Assembly: GCF_000020225.1 (NCBI RefSeq)
Contig: NC_010655.1
Coordinates: 1,680,001 to 1,712,000, forward strand
Length of the DNA: 32,000 nucleotides
Origin: Akkermansia muciniphila ATCC BAA-835
GTDB lineage: Bacteria > Verrucomicrobiota > Verrucomicrobiia > Verrucomicrobiales > Akkermansiaceae
Direction: 5' to 3'
The position numbers and the translations under genes were made by a program. Below, piece after piece: positions 28,759 to 32,000 of this stretch; the first letter of the stretch is position 1; each line of letters opens with the position of its first letter. The notes beneath the pieces were generated by a model that did not search any database, was not told the origin of the DNA, and saw only the letters and a program-made list of their open reading frames with translations.

Positions 28759-31311
28759 TTAATGTTTGGGACGCGGCAGCATCAGGAGCAGCAGCCCGCA
28801 GAACAGCATCAGGCATCCTGCCGCCGCCAGGGTGGTGGTCAGCGGAACGCCCTGATCCTTGAACCATCCCCCAAAGAAGGAGATGAGGGCGCCCACGCCG
28901 GCGGATGTGAGGTTGAGGAGGCCATAGCCGGTTGCGGAATAACGCTCGTCGATATGGGAGCGTAGCACAGGCATGAGGGTGGCGTCCAGTGATCCCTGCG
29001 CCAGCCCCTGCGTGGCGACCAGACCCAGCATGAGCACGAGCGGAACGGTGATGTCCCAGCCGAAGATGCCGGGCAGCAGCGCCAGAACCACTAATGGGCC
29101 GGATATGGTGAAGGTGATGCCCGGCACCAGGGCGCGGGCGCGGGCGTTGCGCCTGTACCACATATCCGCCAGGATGGCGCCTCCCAGCACGGCGACGTAT
29201 TTGGCCACGGAGCTCCACAGGGTGGCGGCGGGGCCCGCTTCCGCGGAGGAGAGCTGGTATTTGTCCTGAAGCAGGGTGGGATACCAGGTGAGAAGGAACC
29301 AGTTTCCGGCTCCGGCAAAGGCCACTACGGCCAGCAGCATCCACATGGGGCGTCCGCTCAGCAGGCTGGAAAGGACGGCTCCGGTGGAAAGTTTGGAAGA
29401 GGGTTCCTTGATGGCCTGTTCGTCATTGTCCACATTGAGCAGCACCGTTTTTTCCTCCGGTACGGACGGTTTTTTTGCCTGGGCCGTATCCGCCGGGGCC
29501 TTGGCCGGATCTTTCAGGAACAGGATGAGGATGACGGCGTACGCCACGCCGATGAGGCCGAACAGGGCGAACGTCATGCGCCATCCCGTCCATGAAGCCA
29601 TGGTGGCACCGAAGCCGGCGACGGCCATGCCTACATAGATGCCGCTCATGTGCAGGCCCGTAGCGATGGAGCGCGTGCTGCCGCGGTGGTAGTCCGTAAT
29701 CAGGGCCAGGGCGGCGGGGATGTAGAATGCCTCGCTGATGCCCATTGCTCCGCGCGCAATGAGCAGGGAAGTGTAATCTTCCGCATGGCCGGTCCACCAT
29801 GTGACCACGGACCAGACGACGAGAGAGCAGAGGATCATCAGCCGGCGGCTGTAGCGGTCCGCCAGAAAGCCGCCCACCGGGCTGAGCAGGGCGTAAATCA
29901 GCAGGAAAACGGAGGTGACCATGCCGAACTGGGCTTCCGTCTGCGGAATGTCCCGTACGATGGGTTCATGCAGGGCGGAAAGGAGCTGGCGGTCAAAATA
30001 GTTCAGCATGACCACAAACCACAGGACAATGACGGCTACCCAGGCCCACAGGCCCGGTTTGGTGTTCGGGTCCGTGACGGAGGCAACATTTTTAACGCCG
30101 TTGCGCACGGCGGAGACGATGATGATCGCCAGGACGATGATGGTCAGAATGAGAACGGCGTAATCAACCGTGCTCATTTCAAAGTGGTAACCTGCGGAGG
30201 CGGAGGCGTTTGCCGGGGTCCGGACGCCCGGGGCCGTTTCCCCGCTGATGGTCATGATTTCAGAGCCCCTGACAACGGCGGGAACCGTGGCGATGCCCAC
30301 GGGCCATTCCCCCTGGCGCGTCCATGTGTTTCCGATGACGTCATAGACCAGGATATCCCGGGACTGCGCCACAGGCCTGGACGGGTCCGGCGAGTTGCCG
30401 CGCTTGTCTCCGCCGATCAGGAGAATGGAGTTTTCCCGCACCGGGGCGGGACCCGCGGCGGCGGCTACGGGCATTCCCGGTCCGGCAAGCTGCTGCCTGC
30501 CGGAGGAGCCCCATTTGGAAGGGTCCTTGGACGTCATGTCGTAGCCGATCATGTCGGAAAGATACGTCCTGGAGGTTTCTCCGGAGTTATCCCTGGACAG
30601 GGAACAGCCGCCTATGATGAACAGGGTGCTGTCGCAGACGGCAGCGGTGGAGAGAATGCGCCCCTCTCCGGGAAAAGGGGGAAGGGAAACCCATTTCATT
30701 TTATCCGTGTCCGGCGTGGTGTCCAGCATGTAGATGGTATTGAGTGCGGTTTCCGGCTGCTCCCGGTCTCTGCCGCCGATGACGAACAATTTGTTCCCGT
30801 GGGCGGCGCAGGAGGCTTCCGTTACGGGGACGGGAAGGGGAGGAAGCTTTTCTACGGAGCCGTCCGTTTTAATCAGCAGGGCATCTTTCAGGATGCCCTG
30901 AGCATTGTGGCCTCCGGCCACAGCCAGCCCCTTGCCCACGCTGGCAAAGGCGGCGTAACCCAGCGGGACGGGCAATGTTCCCGCCTTGCTCCACTGGCCG
31001 TTGCGAAGCTTGAAAATATCCTGGTAGTAGGTTTTGGGGCCGCGTTCCTCCGGAGTTGAGGCGCCCGGCGCAGCCTGGGGGAAGTTGGCGCCCCCTGCGG
31101 CGATGACGGACTGGCTGCCGTCGTCTTCCGTGACGGTTCCGGCAACCATGCCGGCGCGGCCTGCCGGGTCCGGAAGGTCGGGAACAGTTCCGGACGTCCG
31201 GACATCCACGGAAAAGGAGGCGTCAGCGGCCGGAGCCGCGATGAGAAGCAGGGCTGCCAGAGCGGAGCCGCAAGCCTTGGAAATTCGGGTAAGGGAGCGT
31301 GTCATGTGCAT
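28759..31311 (-). CDS. Fusion protein: N-terminal periplasmic Kelch beta-propeller (NanM / cyclically-permuted mutarotase-like) + linker TM + C-terminal 12-TM MFS transporter
   Basis: 850 aa. A signal peptide is followed by about 350 aa with repeated Kelch-like blades (AAGGANF, LAVAGGHN, LFVIGGRD, LFIIGGCS, ILLIGGDK, IMTISGE). A hydrophobic helix follows (VLILTIIVLAIIIVSAV). The MFS core then carries GGFLADRYSRR between TM2 and TM3 and about 12 helices. Confidence 0.8.
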   Translation of the reverse strand: MHMTRSLTRISKACGSALAALLLIAAPAADASFSVDVRTSGTVPDLPDPAGRAGMVAGTVTEDDGSQSVIAAGGANFPQAAPGASTPEERGPKTYYQDIFKLRNGQWSKAGTLPVPLGYAAFASVGKGLAVAGGHNAQGILKDALLIKTDGSVEKLPPLPVPVTEASCAAHGNKLFVIGGRDREQPETALNTIYMLDTTPDTDKMKWVSLPPFPGEGRILSTAAVCDSTLFIIGGCSLSRDNSGETSRTYLSDMIGYDMTSKDPSKWGSSGRQQLAGPGMPVAAAAGPAPVRENSILLIGGDKRGNSPDPSRPVAQSRDILVYDVIGNTWTRQGEWPVGIATVPAVVRGSEIMTISGETAPGVRTPANASASAGYHFEMSTVDYAVLILTIIVLAIIIVSAVRNGVKNVASVTDPNTKPGLWAWVAVIVLWFVVMLNYFDRQLLSALHEPIVRDIPQTEAQFGMVTSVFLLIYALLSPVGGFLADRYSRRLMILCSLVVWSVVTWWTGHAEDYTSLLIARGAMGISEAFYIPAALALITDYHRGSTRSIATGLHMSGIYVGMAVAGFGATMASWTGWRMTFALFGLIGVAYAVILILFLKDPAKAPADTAQAKKPSVPEEKTVLLNVDNDEQAIKEPSSKLSTGAVLSSLLSGRPMWMLLAVVAFAGAGNWFLLTWYPTLLQDKYQLSSAEAGPAATLWSSVAKYVAVLGGAILADMWYRRNARARALVPGITFTISGPLVVLALLPGIFGWDITVPLVLMLGLVATQGLAQGSLDATLMPVLRSHIDERYSATGYGLLNLTSAGVGALISFFGGWFKDQGVPLTTTLAAAGCLMLFCGLLLLMLPRPKH

Positions 31312-31343
31312 ATGTTGAGAGGTTTAATTGGATTCCGGTCAAA

Positions 31344-32000
31344 TCAGGGGAGGGAGATGCTCCACACTTCAGGAGAGCGCCTGCCGGGTTTGAGCTCTCC
31401 GTTCACGGCCGCGAAACGGTCCTGCCACGCGCAACACGGAAGGACAGCCCTGGGCGCGGCGATGGGGCCTGCGTCGTGCCATGTCATGTCTGCCGTGTCC
31501 AGGCACAGGGATTGGTTATTGAAGCCGGGATTAGTTTGGGGAGTGTATTTTTTTCCGGAGCCGTCATCCCCCCCAAGCAGGTAAATGACGCCGTTTCCGG
31601 AAACCGGGGCCGGGGTGGGGGCTGCGGCGATGGCGTAAGGCATGTCCGGCAGGCGCGTCCATCCGTGTTCCGGAGTATAGCTCCAGGCTTCCTTCAGCAG
31701 TTCCCGGACCTGTTGGCCGTCCTGTTCCCGCAGGCCGATGCCGCCGAGCACGTACAGGGCTCCGTCTGTTGCGGCCATCTGATGCAGGAAGCGGCCGCGG
31801 CCCGGCAGCGGGGCCTGTTCCAGCCATCCCTGTTCCGTCCGGCGTGTGTCCAGCATGAAGACCCGGTTGGTGCAGTCCTGCTCGCCGGGGCGTTCGCACC
31901 CTCCTGTAAGATAGACTTTCCCGTCCAGGACGGCAGCCGCCGTATATGCCAGGGCGATAGGGAGGGAAGGGAAAGGATGCGTGGTGACAGTTCCCTCCGC
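31344..32000 (-). CDS. Kelch-repeat / mutarotase-like beta-propeller protein, 5' end beyond the window
   Basis: The frame stays open on the minus strand from base 32000 (AEGTVTTHPFPSLPIALAYTAAAVLDGKVYLTGG...) through the listed Met at 31856 to the stop at 31344. Kelch-like blades are present: KVYLTGG, ALYVLGG, VIYLLGGDD. It ends 32 nt upstream of the fusion gene. Confidence 0.7.
   Translation of the reverse strand, partial: AEGTVTTHPFPSLPIALAYTAAAVLDGKVYLTGGCERPGEQDCTNRVFMLDTRRTEQGWLEQAPLPGRGRFLHQMAATDGALYVLGGIGLREQDGQQVRELLKEAWSYTPEHGWTRLPDMPYAIAAAPTPAPVSGNGVIYLLGGDDGSGKKYTPQTNPGFNNQSLCLDTADMTWHDAGPIAAPRAVLPCCAWQDRFAAVNGELKPGRRSPEVWSISLP

Noticed and set aside
28724-29344. Upstream extension of ORF 27539..29344 (601 aa).
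   Set aside because: The extension overlaps the 3' end of the MFS gene in another frame and is Arg/Pro/Gly-rich junk. A canonical signal peptide starts at the internal Met (28723).

Overview
This is a chromosomal, mostly housekeeping window, GC-rich by eye. The proteins look like a Verrucomicrobiota / Akkermansia-type genome; that is from recall, not a search.

Plus strand, 1-19 kb:
- the 3' part of an LpxH-like metallophosphoesterase
- a contiguous dnaK-groES-groEL chaperone block
- a PepSY-like secreted protein
- a PiT phosphate transporter with a PhoU-like tail
- two divergent tRNA-Gly genes
- a four-gene envelope / polysaccharide-export module: Ala-rich secreted protein, OM beta-barrel, Wzc-type tyrosine autokinase, short Wza/OPX protein
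- a ~540 bp purine-rich gap with no credible ORF
- a small Arg-rich tandem-HTH protein
- ruvA, gap, pgk and a TraB/GumN-like protein

19-32 kb:
- a GH97 glycosidase (minus strand)
- a membrane Ser/Thr kinase with Sel1 repeats (plus strand)
- a minus-strand run of mfd (frame broken by one extra base), an SHD1 + peptidase-MA-like protein, a Kelch-propeller::MFS fusion, and a second Kelch/mutarotase-like gene that runs off the window

I saw no CRISPR array, transposase, integrase, toxin-antitoxin or recognisable defence genes, and I cannot point to a clear novel multi-gene system.

The observations most worth a second look are:
1. Non-canonical Cys-rich C-terminal tails on GAPDH (GCGCSCGK) and PGK (KCCCGK), with a related CSCG insert in GroEL.
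2. The Kelch::MFS fusion next to a Kelch paralog.
3. A short OPX + separate beta-barrel + Wzc export module with no synthesis genes nearby.
4. A sigma-54-type -24/-12 element upstream of dnaK, with no CIRCE element.
5. The single-base frameshift in mfd.
6. An STK with an internally duplicated, uncharacterised periplasmic module.

All coordinates come from the ORF track and manual indexing. Family calls rest on motif recognition only.
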